This document shows positions 1 to 12,529 of a stretch of 64,000 bases of DNA, piece by piece. Positions within the stretch are counted from its first letter, which is position 1. Every line of letters begins with the position of its first letter. Origin of the DNA: Toensbergia leucococca (taxonomy: Eukaryota); assembly GCA_022813965.1 (NCBI GenBank), contig JALDZS010000006.1, positions 62,001 to 126,000 of the forward strand. Direction: 5' to 3'. The translations under genes were made by a program, and so were the position numbers. Below the pieces are notes generated by a model. That model saw nothing but the letters and a program-made list of their open reading frames with translations, did no database searches and was not told the origin of the DNA.

Positions 1-902
1 TGTACATAAGTGAATTGCAGCAAACGGGCTTTGATGGAGGCCAACTCAAACGCAGCTCTCAAACCCCTTCCCGTCACTCAAATCGCATAGCTCCAAAACA
101 GCGAGCGTGGTTCGCTGCCTCGGAGGATCCATCACAGCAGTCCCAAGGTAATCCCGGCCAATCAAACTTAAGCCCACGGGTTGAGAGATCGCCTTCGCAG
201 GTGTCTCTGTCAGGCACCTCAGCGAAAAATGCAATGCCTCTCTCGGTATTGACCAAACCTGGAACGCATCATTCTTCCACGCCTACCGGACGAGGACTCC
301 GTAGCAGCTCAACGCCCTTGGTCAGTCGAACATCCATCGAGTCTCCCATCGAAGAAGACGTTGAAGCTTCCTTTCCGCCACGATCCACCCTCACTATGAT
401 ACCCACCAACACGCTCATCGCCAAGCGCGAGAATATGGCCCGCAGCAGATTTTCCTCCCTTACAGTCAACCAACTCCAACACTCGCCACCATCCTCAACC
501 CCCAACTCCCGCTCGCGTTCTCCATCCCTAGACGACGATAACATCTCCCTCTCGCATCGCAAATCCCTCCTCCACCAAAACCAACAACATCGCCAATCCT
601 CCCTCCCAACCCAGCTTCCCCAACAGCCACCCGGCGACTCACGCTCTTCGCTCCTCGCCACCTGGCGAGATTCTGTCGCCCAGAACCTCAATGCAACGCA
701 TCAGCCCGATCAAGAAGCCGAAACCCGTCGGAGGGAAATGCTAGATGAGAAACATAGATCTAGGATCAACCAGCACCAAGCTACCGTTGCTACGAACCGG
801 AAGGGGACTATGGTGGAGCAGGCGATGAGGAGGGGGAGCATGCTCGATGCGCATCGGGAGGCGATGAGGAGGATGCAGGGGGTTGCGAACCGGGGTCTTT
901 AG
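1..902 (+). CDS. 3' part of a Ser/Pro/Gln-rich hypothetical protein (5' end outside window)
   Basis: 295-codon ORF from the window edge ending in TAG at 900-902; helical C-terminal 'MLDAHREAMRRMQ' segment; followed by an AT/T-rich 3' region. Confidence 0.7.
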   Translation, partial: YISELQQTGFDGGQLKRSSQTPSRHSNRIAPKQRAWFAASEDPSQQSQGNPGQSNLSPRVERSPSQVSLSGTSAKNAMPLSVLTKPGTHHSSTPTGRGLRSSSTPLVSRTSIESPIEEDVEASFPPRSTLTMIPTNTLIAKRENMARSRFSSLTVNQLQHSPPSSTPNSRSRSPSLDDDNISLSHRKSLLHQNQQHRQSSLPTQLPQQPPGDSRSSLLATWRDSVAQNLNATHQPDQEAETRRREMLDEKHRSRINQHQATVATNRKGTMVEQAMRRGSMLDAHREAMRRMQGVANRGL

Positions 903-2580
903 ATGGGTGTGGTCAGTCGTGGGAGTTTGGAATGAGTATGATTTATGAAATTTTTTTTTTTTTGGATCTTGTGAGAGAGATATATAGAGACGGTAAAGTA
1001 CACAACGGGAGACTTTTTTCAAATATGGTGGGGTGGGTGTTTTTTTTTTCTAGAGCGGAGGAATGATGGATATATACCCCAGGGTAGACCCCGGCTTTGA
1101 AGTGTTTTTGGTTTTGTTTTTTCCTTTTCTTTCTGGCTTTTGGGAGTGAGAAGGGAAGGTGTGAGTACTGGGCTTTTGAGTACGGAGATGGATATTTATT
1201 TTTGAGTGTGTGAAGAGAGGAGGGGAATGGGGGAGATGTGTGATATACCCTATTATGAGTTTATATATTTCTTTTTGATGGGAGGGTTTAGATCTAGATA
1301 TATAGATATACAGATATATATACACGCAATAGGTACTACCTAGTTAGATGAAAAGTGAAATCTGATACTACTATTACGTCCATGTTTTCTTGTCTCAAAT
1401 TCTTCTCTACTAAAGATTATGCTCTATTCTGAAAACTGATAAATTTGTGTGCATGATTGATGACTCCTTTGTTTTTCTTTTTTTTTGAATCTTTTTTTTT
1501 GTAAGTATGAAATTATCTGCTTCTCAAGAGAATGGGGGGGGGGATAGCATGTTTTCAGAAAGGTGCTTTATATTGAAAGTGAGTCTTTGTTTTTCTCTCT
1601 TTCTTTTCTTTTCAAAGAGAGAGAGAAGGGGGGAGTGTGAGAGAAAGGAACAGAAACAGCACACCCTCAACGCACACAAACCACCCCCCCCCCTCCTCAC
1701 AAAGAAATCCTCAAAAAAACCCTCTCTACAACCCCAAACCCCCCCCCCCCCAAAAAAAACAGCCAAACCCTCTCCCCTCAACCAAAACCCTCCCCCTTTT
1801 TCCAAAAAACAACATTTCCCTCTCTCTCCAAGAACTCACGATCTCACCCTCCGCCTTTATAAAAAAGAAAAAAGTCTTAATTTGCGCCTTTCTACCCCCT
1901 CCCCCCGGCTCAAACCTTTTCTTAGGAGAAAGAGAGGAAGAGGGGGGGGGATGAGATGAGATGAGATGAGTGATGGAGCAGAAGAGGATGTTGGATACAC
2001 AGAAGACTAAAGGAAAGTGAAGTGAAGTGAAGGAAATTGAAGTAAAGTGAAGCCCATCTGGTTGAGGAAATGAGGTGCATGAAAGGCGTGGTCACGGTTC
2101 TGAAATAGAGACTCGAGATGTAAACATTCCGAACGACCTACCTACTAGTACTTCGAACCCGATCTCAATTATGAAGGAAAAATGATGATAGCTGAGCATG
2201 GGATTTTGGGGAGTCTGATCTCTTTCTCTCTCTCTCGAGATTGAGATCTCTACGCATCAGGAACATGGGAAAGGAAATTGGAATTGGATTGATTGATTGA
2301 TTGATTGGCTGTAAAACAAAACTGGGGAAGAATTAGAAAGGAGGCGGATTCTCAGGTACAAATTTCGCTGGGACCCAATCAATCAATCTATCAAGAGACC
2401 GGAAATGAGCTTAGCGAATGGAACAGGGGGAAATGATCACTCCAATGCTGTTGGCTCTGCTTGCAGTAGATGAGCCGACCGAGTAGAGCTACTAAACTAC
2501 CCTACCTACACAAGTTCCCGGAGGCGGGGGGGGCGGCAACAAAATGAATCCCAATAAGAGTAAAGTAGATACCTAGCCAA
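903..2580. repeat. Low-complexity intergenic region (homopolymers and short microsatellites)
   Basis: Runs of T, C, A and G; (GAGAT)n near 1950-1970; (AGTGA)n near 2015-2050; (ATTG)n near 2285-2307; ORFs here are compositional artefacts. Confidence 0.75.
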
Positions 2581-2947
2581 GTACTCAAAAGCCGTACTCG
2601 TCCGCTCCCACTAGCTTAGAAACAGACCAGGACGCATTCATCGAACAGCATAGACTCTCCCCTGAAAACTCGATTAAAATAAGACTAACAAACTCGCTCG
2701 CTCGCATGTACTCAGGATGGAGAAAAGAAAAAAGAAAGCTCTGTTCCGTTCGGCCGTAAGAAAATAGGAAAAGAGCCAATGAAGCTAATTTGCTCGGTTT
2801 TCGCAAAGAGGTGTTCGTAACTGAATAGTCCCGTTCGTCTGCATAATCCCGTGTTTCATCCCCGCACCGATGGGAAGCTGCATAAATGATAGCTCGGTTA
2901 CCACGCGAGGCCCGCAAAGCCGCCTGCTTGCAGACTTTGACGCAATT

Positions 2948-4451
2948 CTAAACCAAGTTGGCTCCGTGAGCGAAGTCGCGGGTTGTGGTATCGCTTGGGT
3001 TGAAGTTTTGGGTTGAGGAAGCTTTGGGGTTGTGGGTAGTGAACATGGAAAATGCTGGGATGTAGATGTTATTGAGGGTTTTGCGGAGGCGGGAGGGTGC
3101 GACTGGGGTGGTTGGGGAGGAGTGAGCTTTTTCGTTGGTAGCGTGGGCTGAGGTTGGGGAGTCGTTGTTATGGTGCTCCGAGATGGGGGAGAGGTTGCCG
3201 GATTTAGTAGGAACGCTGGTGGAGGGCGACAGGATATTAGTTGCCACAGATGCGTTTCTGCTGGAGCTGTTGATGATAGTTTGTCAATGAGAATGATGGT
3301 GGTTAGGCGGGAATTAGGGCAGGGCTCACGATGAGAAGAGAGAAACGTGAGATTGCTTCCTCCCAAGTAGAGTGAAAACTTTGCTGCTGAACGAGTCCGA
3401 GTAGCTCGACGGTACACTTAGATTGGGCGAACTTGGCTGCCGTTTGTGGAGACACGAAAAGACTCGACCGAATCCTAACTTGAGAAGCCACTTTCGGTAC
3501 ATTGTCGTTGCATCCTTGCCAAGACCAAAGAATACGAATACAGTAAATCCAAACGTAATCTGGATCCAACGATCGAACACGACTTCTCCATGCATAGGAA
3601 CTAAGGTGATATCTCCCCATCCGGGTCCATGGATAGCCGACCAGCTGTATGGTATGAAGGGGAATTGGGAGTAGCGAAAAAGGATGTAGCACTGCACCGG
3701 AAGAAAAACGAGGATAAGCGTAAGGCCCATAGCGAAGAGGCGGATGAATCGGGACTTGTTCAAATTGGAATTAGATGCGCTGAGGATAGCCGAGAAATTT
3801 TTGCGGTACTTGAGGACACGAATCATGACGAGCACTTTTAGAGATTAGCATTGGAAACACCTGTAAAAGATGAAACGTGTCAAGCTTACCGCCGTAGTAG
3901 ACGTCAACGAGACTTAGAATTGGAGGCCATATGTAGATCAAGACCCAACTCGGCCAGCTGTCGTCGTACGAAACAGTACATCCAGCAATGGCGAAGATGT
4001 AGTATCGACTTGGCTGGACAATGTAATGAACTAGCATGATGTAAATGGCAAATCCAAAGCAGAAGATGGAATCAATAGCCATTCGACGTTTTCGCTGTGC
4101 TTTACTGGTGATCATGACTGCCCTGTCGGTGTTCAGGACGTTGGCCAAATTACGCATAATACATGCCAAGCAGCCACACACGCCGACTGTAGCTGCTGCC
4201 ATGATCTTAACCTCGATATCACAAAGACCCTGGCCTTGCCACCAATTTCCAATGTCGTCTCTAGGCCAGATGAGAGCGTTGATAAAGTTGAAAAGATTGC
4301 CGAGGATGATCCAGAAGACAAGGGCCGAAGCTGCTAGGTTTTGATTCTTGACATGCCAGATAAACGGAGGAATATCGACGATGAGAGTCATAATTGCCAG
4401 GATAGGAATTGCGACTGCCGCAGGTGCGAGGGGGTAAATTTGGTTATCCAT
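2948..4451 (-). CDS. STE3: STE3-type (a-factor) pheromone receptor GPCR, 3 exons
   Basis: Hydrophobic multi-TM segments with Ste3 motifs (WHVKNQN, INALIWP, WWQGQGLCDIEVK, HYIVQPSRYYI, GC, SRFIRL, FVFFGLG); GT-AG introns at ~3837-3890 and 3267-3329 join ORFs 3771-4451, 3326-3835 and 2948-3247. Confidence 0.95.
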
Positions 4452-4925
4452 TGTGTATGAGTTGGAGGTAGTCCGTAAGTATGCTCGTGGTAAGTAAGAG
4501 TAATGTGTGTAAGAGTAAGAAGTAAGAGCTGGAAGTATGTACCGTGACAGAGGAAAGGCGGGTGAGGTTGAAACCGAGATGAAGTGAGGTTTGTAAATGT
4601 ATCAGGCAGTCCAGCTGTACAGACCTTCTAGGGCAAGAGGTAAGACTGAGCCACTTGAAGACTCTGAAAGACTTGTGCAGGAATGTATGTACTGATGCCA
4701 GATAGTAGAACAAAGAAGCCTTGTCTAGGATGCTGATATCGAGGATGAGAAGTGTAGGTTTGACACGGGAGTTGTGGTGGTGTGCGAGTGGATGGGGAGT
4801 GGATGGGGGTTTAAGAAGAAGGAAGAATTTTAGAGTAATGTGGTAGATGCAGAGAGAAGACGGATGGGAAGGGCTAAGCCGAGGAAGAAGGAAGCCAGAG
4901 GCTGATATGTCGAGTTCCATGTTTA

Positions 4926-5137
4926 GTCAATAACATGGTCAATAGTGCAATAGACTCGGGTAGTACAGTGCCAATAAGCTGTACTAAGAAAACAGTAGAT
5001 CTACAGCAATTGACAGTAGGTACTGTCAATTGCTGATTGATATGATCCATCTGTACACGGATATTAGACATGGGATTATTGAGTGTATTGAAATTTCCAT
5101 GTGTCTTTCGAACATTTCCCTTTTTGGGTGTCAATAA
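4926..5137. promoter_or_regulatory. STE3 upstream region: perfect 15-bp inverted repeat (5004-5035) and clustered YTATTGAS-like motifs
   Basis: CAGCAATTGACAGTA-gg-TACTGTCAATTGCTG; GTCAATAA 4926, GTCAATAG 4938, TTATTGAG 5076, GTCAATAA 5130. Confidence 0.55.
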
Positions 5138-5868
5138 GCAAGACATGCAAGAACAGTGGCACAACACCACGCAAGCAGAGAACATCAAATGTTACAAGGA
5201 ACACTCTCGAAAACAAAGCACTCGAGAGAGAGAAAACAAATACAGAAGCAAATTATCGACACATGGCATATGTCAAGTCAACAAGAGTCGAGAATTGGCA
5301 GTGGATGAAGGCCGTTGGTTCTCAACGGTCGTTTCAGCATTATGCAAGATAGCGAGGAGCTTTGTGGCTCGAGTGGGAGACTGGTATAGAATCGGTGAAG
5401 GTACATGGCAAGATGGATATTGCTTAGACGATAGGATCATAGACGTCGTCGTCGTCGTTGGCGTGATGTCGTTTCCCGCCGGCAAATCATAGTTGCGGGG
5501 AGCCCGTGGGAGAATCTCCCGAGCGGCAGGGTAGCCTGAAGCTTAGCCCGATATAGTAGAGTAGGTAAGTGTGCGACTGCATCATAGGCGAGATCCGAAC
5601 ATCTGAGGTCCCCATTATTAGTGTAGATTCTAGATGGTAGATTTGCCGGGATGATGGCGATTCAGGATCCAAGAAAAAAAGGTACCAATTAGGTAGATAA
5701 GGCCTCTGTCTGTACGTCACTCTTCTCAGTCTTGACTTGTCATTAAGCCACTTTTCGATCCCATAACATTCCTATCATCATCCATCACGGCAACATGCGT
5801 GTTGTCCAAGCCGACTATTTATTGTGCCACCCACACACTGACATCCCCCTGTCCACACCACCAACGAA

Positions 5869-7353
5869 ATGGCCGAAGAAAGCGCCTTGAGAAGTCGCGC
5901 AAAGAACCCGACAACACAGACCCAAATATCCTCAGCTCGCCCAAGCTCATCACCCCTTCGTCAAATCCCTCCCTCGCGTTCTTCTTTTGCAGACCAGGGA
6001 AGCCCCTTCGCTCGGAGGAGAAGTTCTCTCATATCCGATTCTCTTGACGAAGCAAGACAGTCGCTCCGATCCTCAACCGACAATTTGCTATTACCTAAAG
6101 CGCAGGATTCTACCCTTGAGACTCATCATGACCCTTCGCACTGGCATTCCGCACCGCTTGCTTTGGCCTTGCTGCCAGCTGTCGGAGGATTAGTCTTTGA
6201 AGGCGGAAGTGCCGTCATCACCGATGTGACGTTACTTGGACTGGCCGCCGTCTTCCTTAACTGGTCCGTCAGACTACCGTGGTACGTTATAACACCTTGC
6301 AGTACAAAATGCGGCGTAAGAATCTGATGGCATCACAGGGACTGGTATTGCTCAGCGCGCTCCATACGGCTCCTAGGTTCTGACGCATCCAACGACTTCT
6401 ACTCTGGGAATAATATCATCGAAGAAGAAAGTGAAGATGATTTGAATGGTCATGCTGCATCGCCAGACTCCGAGTCCAAAGACCCCATTGCAAGCCCAGC
6501 TAATAGCAATCCCCAATCATCTCCACAAGATCGCGCCGCCTCAGAGTTACGCGTTTATGAATTGATCGCCCTCTTTGCATGCTTCTTTCTACCTCTCGTA
6601 GGCGCATGGCTTCTTCATGCAATACGCTCCCAGCTCTCACGTCCATCAGAAGGTCTCGTATCGAATTACAATCTCACCATCTTCCTTCTAGGCTCGGAGA
6701 TCCGGCCTCTGTCTCATCTCGTCAGAATGATACAGTCGCGAACACTCTATCTCCAACGCATCACGAACAATAATCCTTACGAAGACGAAAAGGTTGACAA
6801 GGCCAAGGTCCTAGACTTGAGCAAACGCCTTGATGAATTGGAGGCTCACGTGGCTGAAGCAGCCACTGCAAAACCGTCCAATGGAAGCTCCAATGGAAGC
6901 GCAACGCCTTCAAACTCAGGCCAGATTTCTACTGAAGTGCGCAAGAATCTTCAGCCAGATCTTGACGCTCTCAATCGCGCGGTACGAAGATATGAGAAGC
7001 GAACAACGATTCTAGCCATGCAAACCGAGTCCCGACTACAAGACATTGAACTACGAATGGGAGATGCTATTACTCTTGCCGCTGCAGCTGAACGTGGTCA
7101 TTCCATGTCGAGGCGTTCGTCAAGCTTTGTATTGCTGGAATGGATGTGCGCTGCTGTAGTGCTTCCTATTCAGACTGCCTGGGTCATGGTAAGTTTTCCA
7201 GGGCGAATGGCGACAAAAGCTTTAGGTGCGGCTGAGGGATATGTGGGTGAGAAGGTTCGTAAGGAGCTGAAAACAGCGGGGCGGCCAGTCACGGGACATG
7301 GAAAAGCAGGAGGAATGCGTGTTCAGGGTCGAGGAAGCAAAAAGCCATCTTGA
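5869..7353 (+). CDS. Conserved fungal membrane protein of unknown function with coiled-coil C-terminus, 2 exons
   Basis: ORFs 5869-6327 and 6442-7353 joined by intron 6282-6338 (GTACGT...CACAG), giving ...VRLPW|DWY; several hydrophobic segments; 'LDALNRAVRRYEKR' coiled coil. Confidence 0.85.
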
Positions 7354-8073
7354 TTAGGGCATTTGATGATTGAACATGATCTGGCGGAGGAGTATTGGGG
7401 TTGAGAGCATTTCCGGCAATGAAAGCATGAGATTTGATCTGGACTGAAACTTTATGCGGACACGCTGGAAATATGGGTCCTCAGAGGCAAAGCTGCCAAC
7501 CCATTCAAACTCTTCTACCTCTTTGATTCTCGTAATTTATCCACGTGCATATACTAGTAGATTCAACCGAAGGAGAGATACATGACATGGAAATGCTTGC
7601 CAGTTTGCTTCCCTGTTCATACTTGAATACGTCCATACGCGGCCGAATCGAGGATGATTAAGCAAGCATTTTAGGTTTCACGCCATGTCAAGAGCAGAAT
7701 AGCCTTAGAATATTCTAGTGTGGTGTGGTTCAGGGGTCTCGATCGATGGATTCCGCCAACTAACACCTGAGAAGTCGAGACAGAAGCTGGCTCTAGCAAA
7801 AGACTGTGCAAGGTCAGCTTCTAATCGATTGCACACCAAAGGTAGAACGTCAATTCCAAGCCCTAATTTTCTTCTTGTATAACCTCTTTCTACACTACGA
7901 ATACCTGTCTATGTTTCCCTATCATCTTATGGTCTTTTTAAGAAAACCTGTGCTCGACGCGAAATCCACAACATTCTCAGCTTCGGAAGACGAAGACCTC
8001 AAGCCGGATACCAACATCTCCCTAAAAAGAACCGAACTACCCCAAACCCTCGCCTAACCCCAGAACCACAACA

Positions 8074-8724
8074 ATGGACCCCCCTCCCTCCTCCCAACCC
8101 TTAGACCTCGAATCCGGCCCTCCCCCCATCCCGCCAGAACTCCCCTGGAACTCCTCCCACCCCTGCTTCCCCCACCCAAACCCCCACGTCCCCCTCTCCT
8201 CCCCCCTCTACGCCCAAACCCGCATAATCCGCATCCCGCGCTCCTGGCTCCCCTGCGGCGACCTCGCCCCCACATTCTCAAACACCTACCCCGAAATCCT
8301 CTCGCCCTGGATCCCAGAGGCAGACTTCCGCCTGCTGATCCGGCACGTCAATGCGGAGCTGATGCGGGTTTTTGGGCCGTGGGGATGGCGCAATTGGGCG
8401 GATGCTTGTATGGGGGTGGCGACGGGGTGGGTGTGGGAGGATGTGGGGGCTGCGAAGGTGAAGAGGGGGATTAGGGGTGTGGAGACTTGGTTGGAGGAAT
8501 GGGGCGCTAGGTGGGGGGAGGGGGTTGCCGTTGTGCCGTTGCGGCGGACGGGGTATTTGAGTTTGGATATCCAGATTCCGGATCCGCAGGTCGGGTTTGT
8601 GGAGTCGGACTCTGCGGCGTCTAGGCCGCCGACGACGACAACGGAGACGAAGCCGGAGACGCTGCGGACGAGACCGAGCACCGTCGAGAACGAGAGGCCA
8701 GTAAGCCGCGAACAGCAAGGATAG
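8074..8724 (+). CDS. ERF4: Ras palmitoyltransferase accessory subunit, ERF4/Golgin A7 family
   Basis: Motifs HPCFPHPNPHVP, TRIIRIPR.W...GDLAPTFSN.YPEIL and PLRRTGYLSLDIQIPDP typical of fungal Erf4; start may lie further upstream. Confidence 0.8.
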   Translation: MDPPPSSQPLDLESGPPPIPPELPWNSSHPCFPHPNPHVPLSSPLYAQTRIIRIPRSWLPCGDLAPTFSNTYPEILSPWIPEADFRLLIRHVNAELMRVFGPWGWRNWADACMGVATGWVWEDVGAAKVKRGIRGVETWLEEWGARWGEGVAVVPLRRTGYLSLDIQIPDPQVGFVESDSAASRPPTTTTETKPETLRTRPSTVENERPVSREQQG

Positions 8725-10330
8725 GTAGGGCGAGCCGGGGCAGAGTTTGTAGTCCTGGCCACCCTTTCTTTCACCACAACTCGACAGTTTCAGACCAGCG
8801 CCAAAGACCGGAATGAATTGAATTGAAACACTACGAATAGCACAATCTGCGATCATAGTGCCCTTGAAACGGCCCGCTCATCCCCGGACCACATCCGTAT
8901 CATCGAATAATGCACATCCTCACGCCAACTCCATCAATCTCCGCCTCCCCAATATCCAACCCGCCGCTCCCGCGTGCTCCCCCATTCTCCCCCCCCGGCA
9001 AAAAACCCTTGACATCTGAGAATGTAAAAGGCGGAAGAAGACATAACCTCATAAAAAAAATCTGAACAGTCTGAAGAGATTTTAGAACAAGCTTGACTTT
9101 TGAAAAGAGAAGACCTGCGTATCGCTGATTTTCCTCGATTTTCCATCAGAGTTTGAAGAACTCTTCAATCTAACAAAGAATCCAAAACTCTTCTCTGCAG
9201 CTTTGAAGATGTTTCTGAGAACTTTGCTGGGATCTGGGGGCGCCGCTTTTCGGAGAGTGTAGAGGGGTAAAGGGAGAAGAGTTTTTGAGGAGCAAGAGAG
9301 GTGAAAACCATCTTCCCCATCCAGCGTCCTAAAACCACAATTACCTCAACGCCACAACTTTCCCCCCCGGGCCCCGCGCCCTCAAAACGGGCCAAAAAAA
9401 TCCAGCCACAGTATCCGTAAGAAGAAGGGGCAAATGTCATCCACAGCACGCACCCTCCCGCTTCTTTCCTACTCTTACTTTTCTCCCCCTACCCTCTTTT
9501 TTTTCGGTACTTTGGGTGTGTGTGGGAAAGATGTGGTTGATATTTTGATTGGATTGGGAGCTTTGGGGTAGGGTTTTGTTTGGTGGGGTTTTGTGGGGTT
9601 TTTTGTGGGGTTTGGGGATGTGGGATGTGGGATTTGAGCTGGGGTTTGAGCTGGGGTTCGGAATGGGGTTTGGAATGGGAGGGGGGATGGTGCTTTTTTT
9701 GTTTTTTTTTGTTTGGGAGTTGGGGTTTTGGGGTTTGAGCTTTCGAGCTTTTGAGCTTTTGAGTTTGAGGTTTGGACTTTGGGTTTTGAGGCTTGAGGTG
9801 AGGTTTGGCGTATGTATATATATATAGTGAAGGCGGTTCCGAAACCTTCCAAGATTTCAGGACCAGAAGAACGGAAAGATGCTGGATGAGAAAAAGAGAA
9901 GAAGTTCGTTAGATATTTTATTATCTAGGTAGGTAGGTAGGGAACTTGCTACATCAGCTCAATCTATCTCCCGCATGCCCTTTGAAAACAAGGTAAGAAG
10001 CATAAGGTCATGTGAGTTTTTCTAGATATCGCTGTACCGTGTATAAGAAACAGAGAAGGTTTAATTTTCACAGCATTTCCATCAACTCCCACCACACGCA
10101 TCTGTACCATCTCAGAAAAAAAAGGTATAGCTACGCTCATTGCGACCAAGATCCCTTCATCACTCATCCTCCCTAACCTTCCTCCCGATGCCCCCCACCC
10201 GCTTCACAACCCTCACCAAGCCAAAGCATCAGCCCTCCTACCCCAACCCCATCAGCCACGCCCAGCAAAAGCATTACCCCAGAAAATCCCCAATACAGAC
10301 CACCCCCCACATCCATAAATCCCTCAAACA

Positions 10331-12177
10331 TCAAACCAAACAAGCACTATCCACCGCCCCAAACCCCGCCGCCACGCCCCCTTCCTCGCTCTCGCGCCCT
10401 TTGGTCCGGAGCAAATACCCCGCCTCCCAATTCGCAACCACAGCCATCCCGCCCTCGGGCCTCCGCTGCTGCTGCTGTTGCGTGCTGGATTCCTCCAACG
10501 CCGGTTTCCGTCCACTCCGCCAGAGACAGACGCCATAAATGCCCAATTCGCCAATGACCTCTCCGCTCCTGACCTCCCCGTTGCGCATCAGGGAGTTTTG
10601 GAGTGCAGGAGGCTCGATCAGCTCCATGAGTATGTGGCCACGCCAGCGACTTTCGTCGCCCAGGGAGCGGAGGAAGGCGGGGATTTTGCGGCGGTAGATG
10701 TTGTTGCCGCCGCCTTCGCGCTGGGGTTTGAGGACGTAACCTGCGCTGCGACCTTCGTCTGTGGCGATGGCTTTTGCTTTTTCGCCCGCGGGGGAGCTAT
10801 CGAGGGGGTAGATTGCTGCGAAGGTGTTTTGGATGCGGGCGGCTGTTTCTGGGTTTGAGGTGAAGCGTGAAAGGTTTGGGGATGAGGGGGTGGCGAGGAC
10901 TTGTTGGATTTTTTTTGAGCCGGCGAGGTGGGTTAGGATGGAGGGGCATTTGATGGCGGCGGAGCGTTCGAGGTGGAGGCGCGAGTGCCAGGATTGCGGA
11001 GTTGGGTAGGAGGAAGGGTCGTAGCCGGCGCGGAAGTAGAGGGTTGTTGCTTCGTGGGGGGTGTTGGGGGAGTGTGGGGGCGTGTAAATTAGAGGGCGAG
11101 AGGAGATCTGGGGGATGTGTGTTTGGGAGAGGATGGAGGCGAAGGGGAGGCGGAAGGTGGGTATTTGGTGGGTTTGTTGGAGGGTGGTTGATAGGTGGGC
11201 TTGGTCGAAGAGGTTGGGTTCGTGGGGGTGGACGATGAAGAGGATGCAAAGGGGGAGAGCGGGGGCGGATTTGGAGGGGCCGTATGCTTTGTGGGCCGTG
11301 GCTAGGCCGAGTGAGAGGGAGGCTGTGGAGGGGGACGGGGGGAGGGAGGAGAGGGTTATTAGGGGGGTGGGGTAGGCGGAGATGGAGAGAAGGTGTCTGT
11401 GAGGAAAATTTAGAAGTTGGTGGGATAGAGGAATCGGGAAGACGTACTTATGCAGGAAGGAGACTTGGGAAGAGAGGCCGCCGAAGGAGGAGGCGATAGT
11501 GTTAAATTCGACTTGTTTGATTTGAGGGGTTGGATTGGCCGTGGAGGGATCAACATGGACCATGTAGTCGGAGCGGAAGAGACCGAGGGATAGATCCTTC
11601 ATGAAGTTAAAGTAGGTTATGGCGATGTATAGTTTTGGTCGTGAGACATAGAAATCACATACCTGGACATATCCCTCCTTTTCTACTGCGAGATGGATAT
11701 CCCAGAGCTTCGCGATGAAACCGTCTACCTCTGCTAATCTATAGGCAAAATATCAGAGAATTGGCTCTTTTTCTAGGGGGATTTTGTGGGCAGAGATTTA
11801 ACAGGAAGGACAACACGACTTGAAAGATGCATGGCGATAGAAAGAAAAATAAACAAATGGCACAAAGTTCAAAAGCGTGGTTGACCTTACTCCTCCATAA
11901 TGGTTCTCAGCCAGTCAGCATGACTCGCGATCGAAGCATAGAGTTCATTATAAGCCGTCTGAACGGCTCTGGCTTCGTCAAAACATGATCGAGGGAAGAG
12001 ACTAGGAAAGAGGGTGACTGGCGCCGTCACAGCTGTAGAGCCAGAAGGGTCGACTTCTTCTGAGGGTCTGACAGCTAGGCCGTGGAGGATGGACCATTCT
12101 TTGATGTTTGATAGCAGATATTGGTTTTGGCTGTCCGATAGCTGTGGGGGGTAGTCGGGGTAGATTGAGGCGGCCAT
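10331..12177 (-). CDS. GSH2: Glutathione synthetase, 4 exons
   Basis: APVTLFPS, LGLFRSDYM, KQVEFNTIASSFGGL, YFRAGY, KCPS, VLKPQREGGGNNIY, ELGIYG, EGGVAAGFG; introns 11739-11890, 11597-11662 and 11397-11447. Confidence 0.96.
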
Positions 12178-12529
12178 CAAGGTGGGCAGTAAAAACCAAG
12201 TCCAACCGGGTATTGAATATCCTCTGCCTGCAGCGGTTCAGTGTCAATTAGTCAGTAGTTACAATTGCCATTAGATGTATATTTCGCCGTCATAAAGATA
12301 GGCGTATGAACTTCGTAAGCATTGAAATGGGATTGGGGATTGGCTTTGATCTGCCAAAACTACAGTGAGCGAAGTTTCAGAATTCAGGCCTTTTAAATCA
12401 GGGCTCGAGGGCTCTCTTAGTGAACACCGTCATCATCAAGTCCATCTTTCGCTCCTTAGGCCTTGTAAATTGCTCTTTTCGCTACTTGAAAGTGTACTTC
12501 GGCACAAGATGAATTTGTATGCGCAGTGG

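Noticed and set aside
1507..1959. Overlapping 90-150 aa ORFs on both strands
   Set aside because: Products of homopolymer and low-complexity sequence (poly-P/K/G/F); no coding signature
9475..9852. G/T-rich repeats (GGGGTTT-like) resembling telomeric sequence or a Gly-rich ORF
   Set aside because: No regular TTAGGG array; irregular low-complexity intergenic DNA between convergent genes
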